A DNA stretch of 64,000 nt from an uncultured Lentimicrobiaceae bacterium. Lineage in GTDB: Bacteria > Bacteroidota > Bacteroidia > Bacteroidales > UBA4417. Positions 46,195-56,078 of this stretch are shown piece after piece. The position numbers were made by a program, and so were the translations under genes. Position 1 is the first letter of the stretch. Every line of letters starts with the position of its first letter. Under the pieces are notes generated by a model. The model was given only the letters and a program-made list of their open reading frames with translations, was not told where the DNA came from and did not search any database. Location of the stretch: NCBI GenBank assembly GCA_964420555.1, contig CAYQTT010000004.1, positions 26,679 through 90,678 of the forward strand, given 5' to 3'.

Positions 46195-48432
46195 ATGAAA
46201 ACAAGGAGAGATTTTATTAAAATTTCAGCATTAGGCCTGGGAGCCACAGCTGTTACGGCTGGTACTGCCAAAGCTTTACTGGGTTCATCTTTGTTTGGTA
46301 ACGATAGTGAAAACGAAACCGCAGCACTTCGCAGAGTACCTACATACTGTGAGGTATGTTTCTGGAAATGCGCCGGCTGGGCTCATGTTACCGAAGATGG
46401 AAATATAAAAAAGATAACCGGCAACGACGACGACCCACAATGCAACGGCAGGCTTTGTCCGCGTGGCACGGGTGGAGTCGGCATGTTTACGGACCCTGAC
46501 AGGTTAAAACAACCACTTATCCGCGTTGGAGAAGTTGGCAACCAAACTTACAAGGAAGCCAGTTGGGATGAAGCATTTGATTACATCGCCAAAAAAATGA
46601 ATGATCTGAAGGCCAAATACGGGCCCGAAAGCATGGCGCTTTTCTTCCATGGTTCGTCAGGGAATCATTTTTCGCACCTGATGAAAGCCTATGGATCCAC
46701 TAACCTGGCTGCTCCTTCGTTCGCACAGTGCCGCGGCCCGCGCGATGTAGGCTTCGAAGCTACTTTTGGCGAATCAGTCAGTAGTCCTGAAGTTACTGAC
46801 ATACGTGATACCAAATGCCTTGTGCTTATCGGTTCGCATATCGGCGAAAATATGCACAACGGTCAGGTACAGGAAATGAGCGAGGCAATAGATAAAGGTG
46901 CTGTTATTATTACAGTTGATCCGAGGCTTTCAACAGCGGCATCCAAATCAAAATTCTGGCTGCCGATAAAACCATCTACCGATATAGCACTTCTGTTAGC
47001 TTGGATTCATGTATTGATTAATGATGATCTGTATAACAAGGAATATGTTGCAGCTTATGCTGAAGGATTTGATGAACTGAAAGCTCATGTTAAACAGTTT
47101 ACACCAGAATGGGCATATGGAATTACTACGCTGAAACCTGATCTTATCCGCAGTACTGCCCGCGAAATGGCGAATGCTGCTCCTTCAGTTATCATTCATC
47201 CCGGGCGTCATGCCGCGTGGTATGGTGACGATGTGCAACGAACAAGGGCAATAGCAATACTTAATGCTCTTTTGGGTTCATGGGGAAACAGGGGAGGAAT
47301 CTTCTTTAAAGAAGGTATCAAGATTCCTGAATTCCCACATCCTGAATATCCAAAACCTGCCTGGTCGTGGAAAGATCTGCTTGATGGAAAATATCCACTG
47401 GCTAACGAGGCTGTTACCAACTCAGTAATCGAGGCTTCGTATCCTAAGGACGGCAAAGACGCAAGAATAAAAGGCTGGTTTATTTCGGGTACAAATCTTG
47501 TTGCTTCGGTTCCATTAAAAGAAGAACTTCAAAAGGCTGTTCAAGCACTCGAATTGATAGTTGTTGTGGATACTATGCCAATGGAAATCACCGATCTTGC
47601 CGATGTTGTTCTACCCGAATGCACTTATCTTGAGAGGTACGACGATATTCGTGCTACTTCGCACCGCGAACCTACACTCAGCCTCCGCATGCCGGCAGTT
47701 GAACCCTTGAATCAAACCAAACCAGCCTGGTGGATTGCCAAACAACTTGGTGAGCGACTCGGTCTGGGTGCATATTTCAATTATAAAGACTATTCCGAAG
47801 TACTCGACTGGCAGCTAAAACAAGTAGGTTCTTCGCTCGAAGAGATGCAACGGATAGGTGTTAAAAAGACGTCACGGAAAACCTCTCCATATATTGAGCC
47901 GGGGACTGTGCATCAATTCAAAACAGCTTCGGGGAAAATACAGTTGTATGCGCATGAGTTGGCTGAAGCTGGATTTGATCCAATGCTTGTATTTACAAAA
48001 CATCCTGAACCTCAGGAAGGTTTTTATCGTTTGATTTATGGCCGTGCACCTATGCATACATTCAGCCGTACAGCCAATAATCCAAACCTGGTAGCACTTA
48101 TGCCCGAAAATTCGGTTTGGATAAATCCGCAGGTTGCCCGTATTTGGGGAATAAAAAAAGACCAGTACGTATGGCTTAAAAACCAGGATGGAGCTATTTC
48201 GAACTTCTCAGTAAAAGTGAGGCTGACCGAACGTATCCGCTGGGACTCAGTGTACATTGTTCATGGTTTTGGACATCATCATAAACCTCTGAAATTCGCT
48301 TATGGAAGAGGCGTGAACGATACTGAACTGATTACCAACGTTATGTTGGATCCTGTTATGGGCGGAACCGGTATGAGAGGAAATTTTATTACATTTTTAA
48401 CTGAAGACCCAAGAAAGGAGGCTGAAGCATGA
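46195..48432 (+). CDS. psrA: Polysulfide/thiosulfate reductase molybdopterin catalytic subunit (PsrA/PhsA family)
   Basis: Tat signal TRRDFIK; CEVCFWKC...CPRG 4Fe-4S; SFAQCRGPR Cys Mo ligand region; ADVVLPECTYLER. Confidence 0.88.
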   Translation: MKTRRDFIKISALGLGATAVTAGTAKALLGSSLFGNDSENETAALRRVPTYCEVCFWKCAGWAHVTEDGNIKKITGNDDDPQCNGRLCPRGTGGVGMFTDPDRLKQPLIRVGEVGNQTYKEASWDEAFDYIAKKMNDLKAKYGPESMALFFHGSSGNHFSHLMKAYGSTNLAAPSFAQCRGPRDVGFEATFGESVSSPEVTDIRDTKCLVLIGSHIGENMHNGQVQEMSEAIDKGAVIITVDPRLSTAASKSKFWLPIKPSTDIALLLAWIHVLINDDLYNKEYVAAYAEGFDELKAHVKQFTPEWAYGITTLKPDLIRSTAREMANAAPSVIIHPGRHAAWYGDDVQRTRAIAILNALLGSWGNRGGIFFKEGIKIPEFPHPEYPKPAWSWKDLLDGKYPLANEAVTNSVIEASYPKDGKDARIKGWFISGTNLVASVPLKEELQKAVQALELIVVVDTMPMEITDLADVVLPECTYLERYDDIRATSHREPTLSLRMPAVEPLNQTKPAWWIAKQLGERLGLGAYFNYKDYSEVLDWQLKQVGSSLEEMQRIGVKKTSRKTSPYIEPGTVHQFKTASGKIQLYAHELAEAGFDPMLVFTKHPEPQEGFYRLIYGRAPMHTFSRTANNPNLVALMPENSVWINPQVARIWGIKKDQYVWLKNQDGAISNFSVKVRLTERIRWDSVYIVHGFGHHHKPLKFAYGRGVNDTELITNVMLDPVMGGTGMRGNFITFLTEDPRKEAEA

Positions 48433-48962
48433 GGTACGCCATGGCTATCGACACCAAAAAATGTGTAGGGTGCAGCGACTGTGTTGTTGCATGCCAGACT
48501 GAAAATAATGTTCCCATTGGTTTTTGCCGCGATTGGGTAAGCGAAACCGTTGATGGTACATACCCCAATGTTAGTATTGAATTACGCTCAGAACGCTGTA
48601 ACCATTGTGATGATTCTCCTTGTGTACGCTGTTGCCCGACCGGTGCCAGCCATTTCGAGGACGGTGGCATAGTGCTGGTAACTCCTCATAAATGCATCGG
48701 TTGCGGTGCCTGCATCCAGGCTTGCCCATACGAAGCAAGGTATTCGCATCCTGATGGTCATGTGGATAAATGCACTTTTTGTATTCACCGTGTGCGCAGA
48801 GGCGAAGATCCGGCCTGTGTGAGTGTTTGCCCAACCAGCTGTATGTATTTCGGCGATCTCGACGATCCTAATTCAGAGATCATAAATGTTCTGAAAAACC
48901 GGAAATTTAAATCACTGGCACCGGAAGCCGGCACGAAACCTCAGATTTTCTATTTAGTTTAA
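48429..48962 (+). CDS. psrB: 4Fe-4S subunit (PsrB/NrfC family)
   Basis: CVGCSDCVVAC, CNHCDDSPC..CCP, CIGCGACIQACP, KCTFC. Confidence 0.92.
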   Translation: MRYAMAIDTKKCVGCSDCVVACQTENNVPIGFCRDWVSETVDGTYPNVSIELRSERCNHCDDSPCVRCCPTGASHFEDGGIVLVTPHKCIGCGACIQACPYEARYSHPDGHVDKCTFCIHRVRRGEDPACVSVCPTSCMYFGDLDDPNSEIINVLKNRKFKSLAPEAGTKPQIFYLV

Positions 48963-48985
48963 CACAACCGCAAAAACAGAAAACT

Positions 48986-49927
48986 ATGAAAGAAGAATTG
49001 TTTGTAAGCGGACGCAACATTCCCAATATTGACCCTTACCTGAATATCTGGCATTGGCAGATACCAATCTACCTTTTCCTTGGCGGACTCGCAGCCGGTA
49101 TATTGTTCCTTGCCGGGGTGTACACTATTCTTGGTAAAGAAAAAGAAATGCAGGCAACTGTAAAATGGGCTCCGTTTATAGTGCCTTTTGCACTGATTAT
49201 CGGTTTATTCATGCTTTTTCTCGATCTAAAGCATAAACTGTATTTCTGGCAATTGTATACCACCATTCGTCTGGAATCACCGATGGGTTGGGGTGCATGG
49301 GTGCTGATGATTATGACGCCGATATCAATCATCTGGTCGGCTAGTTATATCAAAGAAGTTTTCCCGAAATGGGATTGGAAATTTGGTTTCCTGAATACAT
49401 TCGAAGCCTGGGTGATAAGAAACAGGAAAAATATAGCCTGGCCAATGGTAATCTATGCTGTAATCCTGGGAATTTATACCGGAATTTTACTTTCAGCATT
49501 TAATGCCCGCCCCTTATGGAATACGACTATCCTTGGTCCTTTGTTCCTGGTCTCGGGTATGTCCACCGGCGCAGCCTGTATAATTCTGATGAGTAAAAAT
49601 CATGAGGAACGAAGGCTTATCGGACGCCTCGACATACTTTTTATTGTAGTCGAGTTATTCTTCATCACCCATATGATTATGGGATTTCTTGCAGGTTCCG
49701 AAGTGCAGATTCAAGCCGCTAATCTGTTCCTCGGAGGACAGTTTACAGTTCCGTTTTTCGTATTTGTCATTGTATTGGGATTAATATTCCCGGCATTTCT
49801 GGAAGTACTCGAACTTATGGGGTACAAAATCCCGATACTGATACCAGCTGTACTTGTACTTTTTGGCGGGCTTATCTTTCGCTTTATTATGGTAGAAGCT
49901 GGTCAGATAACACGTTATTTGTATTAG
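48986..49927 (+). CDS. psrC: NrfD/PsrC membrane anchor
   Basis: WHWQIPIYLFLGGLAAG, SPMGWG, YTGILLS, RPLWN. Confidence 0.92.
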   Translation: MKEELFVSGRNIPNIDPYLNIWHWQIPIYLFLGGLAAGILFLAGVYTILGKEKEMQATVKWAPFIVPFALIIGLFMLFLDLKHKLYFWQLYTTIRLESPMGWGAWVLMIMTPISIIWSASYIKEVFPKWDWKFGFLNTFEAWVIRNRKNIAWPMVIYAVILGIYTGILLSAFNARPLWNTTILGPLFLVSGMSTGAACIILMSKNHEERRLIGRLDILFIVVELFFITHMIMGFLAGSEVQIQAANLFLGGQFTVPFFVFVIVLGLIFPAFLEVLELMGYKIPILIPAVLVLFGGLIFRFIMVEAGQITRYLY

Positions 49928-50037
49928 GGGTTGGGTAGGCGTAACGAGAGGGAAAAAAGGAGAAGTGGTGTCTTCCGACTTCCGACTTCCAGCAATTTGA
50001 TACTTTCAATTACTTTTAAAAGAAAAATTAGTCAATT

Positions 50038-50565
50038 ATGGCAACTAATAACAGAGACGGCTCATTTTACATCAATCCATACCTGGGAGGTGTATTGTTG
50101 GGGCTGGTGCTTTTCAGCACCTATTATATAACCGGCCGCGGACTCGGTGCAAGCGGTGCAGTAAAAAGTACGGTAGTTACAGCAGTTCATACCGTAGCAC
50201 CTGTACATGCCGAAGATAACGGGTATTACAGCAAATTTCTGAGTGATGATGAAAGCCCGATGAATAACTGGCTGGTTTTCGAAGTACTTGGCGTACTTGT
50301 GGGTGGATTTTTATCGGGTGCACTTTACGGACGATTGAAATTTAAAGTGGAGCATTCGCCCAAGATCTCAAGCAACAAAAGGCTTGTGGCTGCCCTGATA
50401 GGAGGAATGCTATTCGGAATAGGCTCCCAGTTTGCCCGTGGATGCACCAGTGGTGCCGCCCTAAGCGGAATGGCTGTGCTTTCTGCTTCGGGTATTATTA
50501 CCATGATGGCGATATTCGGTTCGGCCTACCTGTTTTCCTGGATCTTCAAGAAACTATGGATCTAA
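50038..50565 (+). CDS. YeeE/YedE sulfur transporter half
   Basis: GLGASG, GGFLSG, ARGCTSG motif. Confidence 0.9.
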   Translation: MATNNRDGSFYINPYLGGVLLGLVLFSTYYITGRGLGASGAVKSTVVTAVHTVAPVHAEDNGYYSKFLSDDESPMNNWLVFEVLGVLVGGFLSGALYGRLKFKVEHSPKISSNKRLVAALIGGMLFGIGSQFARGCTSGAALSGMAVLSASGIITMMAIFGSAYLFSWIFKKLWI

Positions 50566-50649
50566 CAATATGACTACCTTTTAGGTATTCAATCACATCA
50601 ATCGTATCAATCACCTCAATCTTTTAAAACGTAATTAAATAATCATCAT

Positions 50650-51243
50650 ATGATAGGACCTCTAATTCCAATGGGTGTTATCCCCGAATCCTGGAACAAC
50701 CTTCTGGCATTATTGCTAGGCATAGGTTTCGGCTTTGCTCTCGAAGCCTCGGGCTTTTCATCGTCGCGCAAAATCATGGGTACCTTTTTCGGGTACGATT
50801 TTGTAGTATTACGCGTTTTCTTTACAGCCGCAATTACCGCTATGATTGGTATTATATATTTCGATTTTATGGGCTGGATGGATTCGTCCCTGCTTTATAT
50901 CAATCCGTATTATGTAATGTCAGCTGTTGTAGGCGGTATAATAATGGGTTTCGGATTTGCCCTTGGGGGATATTGTCCCGGAACCAGTTTTTGTGGTGTT
51001 GCCATCGGTAAAATTGATGCCCTTGTTTTTGTAGGCGGTTTATTAATCGGCATATTCATATTTTCGGAACTGTATCCGCTTTTCGAAGGTTTATACAACA
51101 GCGGTAACCTCGGCGGAGCCAAAATATATGATTTACTTGGTATGCGCGAAACCGTTTTTGCATTCCTGCTTATAGTTGCTGCAGTTGGTATGTTTTACGG
51201 GGCAGCTTTTGTCGAAAAGAAAGTTAAAAAAGTTGAATACTAA
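50650..51243 (+). CDS. YeeE/YedE sulfur transporter half
   Basis: GIGFGFALEASGF, GGYCPGT motif. Confidence 0.9.
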   Translation: MIGPLIPMGVIPESWNNLLALLLGIGFGFALEASGFSSSRKIMGTFFGYDFVVLRVFFTAAITAMIGIIYFDFMGWMDSSLLYINPYYVMSAVVGGIIMGFGFALGGYCPGTSFCGVAIGKIDALVFVGGLLIGIFIFSELYPLFEGLYNSGNLGGAKIYDLLGMRETVFAFLLIVAAVGMFYGAAFVEKKVKKVEY

Positions 51244-51254
51244 CCAAAGTTTGT

Positions 51255-51881
51255 ATGAACAAAAATTATCTGTTATTGGCCGGAATTGTAATCGCACTCG
51301 GTATCGGAATGCTTTTCATGCCGGAAAAAGAGCCGGGAAACCAGGTAAAGCCTGAATTGTTGCTTGCTGCTATCGATGATCCGTCGAGGTTTTTGTCAAC
51401 CGATGATATTACCGACCGTTTGGTGAAAAAGGATCCGGCACTTATGCTTATCGATGTAAGACCAGAAAAGCAGTTTAATGAATTTGCTATTCCGGGAGCC
51501 ATTAATATTCCGGTTGATTCCTTGTTTTCGGTTACAGCAAAGGATTTACTGAGCCAGAATGCCAGGGATAAGGTGCTTTATTCAAATTCCGATGTTACAT
51601 CCGACCAGGCATGGATTGTGTGTAAACGTACAGGCATTCAGCGGATTTATATTATGCAGGGCGGCATTAACAAGTGGTTCAATACTATTGTTAAAGCTCA
51701 AAAACCTGCTGAATCAGCCCCGGCTGAGGACTTTGATCTGTACAGTTTCCGGATGGCTGCGAGCCAGCACTTTTTTGGCAGTGCCGGAGCTGATAATAGT
51801 ACCGGTAAAGAAAATGAGCCTAAAAAGGTTATTAAAGTTGCTAAAAAGCCTGTGGAAGCTTCGTCAGGAGGAGGTTGTTAA
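51255..51881 (+). CDS. Membrane-anchored rhodanese-fold protein lacking the loop Cys, C-terminal EASSGGGC
   Basis: LIDVR..F...AIPGAINIP, MQGG..W; active-site position reads VLYSNS. Confidence 0.85.
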   Translation: MNKNYLLLAGIVIALGIGMLFMPEKEPGNQVKPELLLAAIDDPSRFLSTDDITDRLVKKDPALMLIDVRPEKQFNEFAIPGAINIPVDSLFSVTAKDLLSQNARDKVLYSNSDVTSDQAWIVCKRTGIQRIYIMQGGINKWFNTIVKAQKPAESAPAEDFDLYSFRMAASQHFFGSAGADNSTGKENEPKKVIKVAKKPVEASSGGGC

Positions 51882-51903
51882 TCTGTTTTGAAATCTTATT
51901 TAT

Positions 51904-52545
51904 ATGAAAGAATTAACTAAAACCAACCGGCTCACAATTGTAGTTGTAGCCTTTGTACTGGTAATTATTACCGGATTAATAACATTCAGAAGACCGGATA
52001 TTAAATATGTACTCACTCCTTCCGAAAGTCTTTTACTCTTAAATGATACCAGTGCTTTTGTTACGCCACTACAAGTAAATTCAATGCTTCGCGATAGTTC
52101 AGGAAAAAATGTTTTTGTGGATGTGCGCAATTCCATCGCGTTTGATCGTGGTCATCTGAAAAGCGCAGTTAATATTCCCGTTAGGGATTTGTTTTCAGAA
52201 AAAAGCAAATCATTTTTCAAAGAAATCGAAAAAGCAGGTCAAACTGTAATTGTATATGGAGAAACTCAGCAGCAAGCCAACGGGCCCTGGCTGATGCTTC
52301 GCCAGACAGGTTTTAAAAATGCGAAACTTTTTACAGGGATTTATGCCCAACTTGATCCTGCACAGGCTGATTCGTTAATCAGGCTTTTACCTCAGCTTAG
52401 TGAAACGCCTCTGATTGATACTGCTGCGCTCAAAGCTTTGACGTCACCTAAAATGGCTGATAAAAATATTGACCAACCAGCAAAAGCAACTAAAAAGACC
52501 GTTGTTCCAGCTAAAAAGGAAGCTTCATCAGGCGGTGGTTGCTGA
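51904..52545 (+). CDS. Membrane-anchored rhodanese-fold protein lacking the loop Cys, C-terminal EASSGGGC
   Basis: FVDVR..FDRGHLKSAVNIP; active-site position reads IVYGET. Confidence 0.85.
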   Translation: MKELTKTNRLTIVVVAFVLVIITGLITFRRPDIKYVLTPSESLLLLNDTSAFVTPLQVNSMLRDSSGKNVFVDVRNSIAFDRGHLKSAVNIPVRDLFSEKSKSFFKEIEKAGQTVIVYGETQQQANGPWLMLRQTGFKNAKLFTGIYAQLDPAQADSLIRLLPQLSETPLIDTAALKALTSPKMADKNIDQPAKATKKTVVPAKKEASSGGGC

Positions 52546-52569
52546 TATTCAAAAGCCGATATTCTTTTT

Positions 52570-55500
52570 CTATCGTAAAAGAAAGACCGTCCCTCGCTGG
52601 CTGATTGTAGCCGAGCTTTCTATTTTATCTTCCTTATACTGAATAAAATAAGTGTATAGACCCTCGGGACAGTCATCCGAATTAAGAGTACCGTCCCAAC
52701 CTGTTCCGGGCTCGGAACTGGTAAAAACAAGCTGGCCCCAGCGGTTATACACATTTAATAGATATGGTTTCAACGAATTTCGCTGCGTAACTGGCTGAAA
52801 AATATCATTTTTACCATCCCCATCTGGTGTAAAGGCATTTGGTAACCATAAGCCCGGCATATAGTAATAGTGCATGCTGGCAGTATCGTTGCATCCATCT
52901 GAACTTTTAGCGACGAGTACTATGGTGTAATCGCCTTCGACGGAATATTTGATCTCCGGTTCAAATTGTGTGGAAGTGCTGCCTTCGCCGAGATTCCAGC
53001 TGTAATTTATTGCACCGGATGTTTGATTTGTAAAATGGAGTTTCCCCATGATATTATCGGCGTTTTCGATATAGTCAAATGCTGTAGCGGGTTTGGGCTT
53101 AACGGGAATCAGTTTTGTTATGGTGTCGGTGCAGCCATTTGCATCTGTAACCAAAAGGTCAACGGCATAATTGCTGGCATCATCAAATGTAATCAGCGCA
53201 GGTGTTCCTTCATACTGTTTTTTCGTCCCGTTAATTGTTGATTGGCTGAACCAGTTGTATTGATTTATAAGTGTATCAGTCATGACACTTTGGTCAGTGA
53301 ACCGGATTCCAGCACCCTGGCACGGGATTTCATATGTATACTCTGCTTTCGGATTATTGTGAATTGTAATGTGTTGAACAACCGTATCGCTGCATCCGTA
53401 TTTGTTGGTAACTATCAGTTGAACAGGAAACTGACCTATTGTGTGATATACAACTGTTGGTTGGGGTAAATCCAGATTTGATGTGGTTGCCAATGCATTT
53501 CCAAAATCCCAGTTATAGGAAGTAATGTTAATGCCAGTTGAATTATCAGCTAACTGAACAGCATGCGACAGGCAATTTCGCGAAGCTGAAAATGATGCCT
53601 CAGGGAAAGCAATTACCTGTATTTGTCTTTGAGATTCCGATTTACAGCCTTTGTCTGTGGTGATTTCTAATTTCGCGCTGTAGATTCCTGCAGCTGAATA
53701 TATGTGTGAAATGTTGGTGAGGTTTCCGCTGTTGCTTTGCCCATCGTCCCAGGTCCAGGTGCGCCCGGTTATAGTTCCTGCCAACAGTTTGGATGTATCG
53801 CTCAGGTTTATCGGTAACCCGGGACAAGTGGTTCCTTCGTAAGTTACCATAAATCCGGCATCAGCAGGTTTATGAATTAGTACCGGCAATACCGAAAGCC
53901 TTGTGCCGCAATCAACGTTTGTAGCCATTACTTCAATGGTATCTGTTCCGGAAGTATTCCAGCGCACAGTAACCGGATTAGCCAGCGGCGAGCCAACGAT
54001 GGTGCCGTTCTTAATATTCCATTGGGTGTTAGTATAGGTCCCCGGAATTAAAAATTCCTGGTCCTGATTCACACAAACTGATGCGGAGCCTGTAATTGGG
54101 GGTGGTTGATCATCGTAAACAAAACTGGTAAAGAAAGCTTTTTCGCCATCTCCACACTGTGGATTTCTTCCATGTACGGAAACGATATAATTCCCCATGG
54201 GCATGTTTGTTGTAAACTGATAAACCAGGGTTGTATCAGGAGCATCTTTTTCGAATTCAACCGAAAAACCAGGACCCGCAATTTCCCAGAAATATTTTTC
54301 GGAGAAAGGAATTGATTTGGTTTTAAAGGTGGCCAGAATACCCGAACAGATATTTGTCGGACCCGAAATAACAGGTGATGACGGACTCAGTTTTAGTGTT
54401 ATGGGGATTATTAATGATTCGCCGGAAGTAAAATACCACCACGAATTTATAGTTTTTACATCTCCCAGATTCTGGCTTACCGGCCATTCGTGGCAACCCG
54501 AAACCGGTTCGATCCCGCTGTATTCGCAACCGGCTATAGTGTTGCTGGTAGGTTGATATTGCTCAGGCAGGCTTGTATCGTCCCAGAAAAGCTTTAGTAC
54601 TGTTGAGGGTGAAGCGGGCATCGGCCTGATAATATCAACTTTAAATCCTTTGGGATTATCTTCTACATCATACAGGGGAATATTCGAAAGGCCGTTCAAA
54701 AAGGTGATTCTGGCTTCTACCTGGGTTCCGTTAACCAGGGGCATTCCAAATGCATTTTTTCCATTCCATCCCGGGAGAAGCGTATTGGCTCCTGTTACTA
54801 CATTATAACCAAGTTGGACGTCTTCAGGTGCAAATGAGTTTGGATTTAAAGGAGGAACATCAAGCAGTATCTCAATATTTCCTCCTTTGCTTACATCGGC
54901 CCAAAAAGTGATAACGGTATCACACTCATGTGGAAGCACTTTGAAATCAAGCATTTCGCCAATGTTTCCTGATAAGAAAACCTGTGGATCAGGGTCATTA
55001 AGGAAAATTTTGTGTTGAGGTTTAACCGAAGTATTCCCATGAATCGACTTGCGCCTTTCGCTCCAACTGCCTGTAACTGAGCAACCCCATTCGTTACTGT
55101 AAACAGCCCAAACTCCTCCGGCAAATCCATTGCAATCGAACCTGGTAACAATGCTGTCGTTGGTATAAATATAGAAGGAAGAATATGAAGCACTTTCTGA
55201 AGTATAAACGCTGCCTGAGCTAAACTGCCATGCTTTGCTCCATAAACGCCCGGGGACGGGAGTTACTCCTTTTGCTACTGTTATGTCAATGTATTTTATT
55301 GTACGTACATCTGATGAATAAGTATTGGGGATTTCGAATTCAAGGATATAATCGCCATTCATGGCAGGTAGGATTGTCATGGGCTGGTATCCATCAGGAT
55401 TTGATCCATTTATATTGGGTCCGGCCAAGGCCTGATCCCGGGTTTCGATAAATCCTGGTTCTCCGGTCAAGGGTGTTGGCTTAAGCGAATAACTTGCAAC

Positions 55501-55872
55501 TACATTACCTGCAGGATCTTTGATCTGGTATCTTACATCAGTAAAAGTTGTTGATGCATTATAGTAATCGATAATATTTCCCAACCCGAACTGTATCTTT
55601 TCGGTTGTAAAGTCGCTAATCCTTATATTTAGCCTGAAATCCTCGTCACAGTCTTTCAACGCAAAAGGAATCCTGCCATCCGAGTCGTTCATCAAAAGCA
55701 CAATCATACAGATTGAATTGGAAGGCATTCCTTCAGGTTCTAACTGCCGTGTTCCTTCAGCTTTTGCAAATTGCTGAAAACCTGATATAATAGTAAGAAA
55801 ACAAGCCAATGTCCGACACAGGACAAGGCCTTTATTAGTGATTCGCAGAATAAATATAGATAACCCAGTCAT
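52570..55872 (-). CDS. Large exported PKD-repeat protein with gliding-motility-associated (T9SS type B) C-terminal domain
   Basis: Repeated YxWDFG/GCSDT PKD units; LPNAFTPDGDGKNDIF...YNRWG...GWDG...GTVFLLR. Confidence 0.88.
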   Translation of the reverse strand: MTGLSIFILRITNKGLVLCRTLACFLTIISGFQQFAKAEGTRQLEPEGMPSNSICMIVLLMNDSDGRIPFALKDCDEDFRLNIRISDFTTEKIQFGLGNIIDYYNASTTFTDVRYQIKDPAGNVVASYSLKPTPLTGEPGFIETRDQALAGPNINGSNPDGYQPMTILPAMNGDYILEFEIPNTYSSDVRTIKYIDITVAKGVTPVPGRLWSKAWQFSSGSVYTSESASYSSFYIYTNDSIVTRFDCNGFAGGVWAVYSNEWGCSVTGSWSERRKSIHGNTSVKPQHKIFLNDPDPQVFLSGNIGEMLDFKVLPHECDTVITFWADVSKGGNIEILLDVPPLNPNSFAPEDVQLGYNVVTGANTLLPGWNGKNAFGMPLVNGTQVEARITFLNGLSNIPLYDVEDNPKGFKVDIIRPMPASPSTVLKLFWDDTSLPEQYQPTSNTIAGCEYSGIEPVSGCHEWPVSQNLGDVKTINSWWYFTSGESLIIPITLKLSPSSPVISGPTNICSGILATFKTKSIPFSEKYFWEIAGPGFSVEFEKDAPDTTLVYQFTTNMPMGNYIVSVHGRNPQCGDGEKAFFTSFVYDDQPPPITGSASVCVNQDQEFLIPGTYTNTQWNIKNGTIVGSPLANPVTVRWNTSGTDTIEVMATNVDCGTRLSVLPVLIHKPADAGFMVTYEGTTCPGLPINLSDTSKLLAGTITGRTWTWDDGQSNSGNLTNISHIYSAAGIYSAKLEITTDKGCKSESQRQIQVIAFPEASFSASRNCLSHAVQLADNSTGINITSYNWDFGNALATTSNLDLPQPTVVYHTIGQFPVQLIVTNKYGCSDTVVQHITIHNNPKAEYTYEIPCQGAGIRFTDQSVMTDTLINQYNWFSQSTINGTKKQYEGTPALITFDDASNYAVDLLVTDANGCTDTITKLIPVKPKPATAFDYIENADNIMGKLHFTNQTSGAINYSWNLGEGSTSTQFEPEIKYSVEGDYTIVLVAKSSDGCNDTASMHYYYMPGLWLPNAFTPDGDGKNDIFQPVTQRNSLKPYLLNVYNRWGQLVFTSSEPGTGWDGTLNSDDCPEGLYTYFIQYKEDKIESSATISQRGTVFLLR

Positions 55873-56078
55873 AATAAGCAGTATTCAATAGGAACGACAG
55901 ACAAATACACGTTTGGATTAAGATGCTAAATCTGATCCACGGAAAGCTACTGCTTCCTCTGAGACAAATCTATATAGAAATTCTGTGTGCAAGTGTTAAA
56001 AACAGATATTTAATTTACGACGGTGCTAGTCAGGCATTTTTTCGAAAAACCGACTGTAATACTTCTTCGATCTTGCAA

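Noticed and set aside
49931-50131. 66-aa ORF between psrC and yeeE
   Set aside because: TTG start, derived from spacer repeats, and overlaps yeeE out of frame
52540-52578. TGC-TGA at the end of the second rhodanese as possible Cys-Sec read-through
   Set aside because: The paralogue ends with the same peptide using TAA, no SECIS-like hairpin is evident, and read-through would run into the convergent gene
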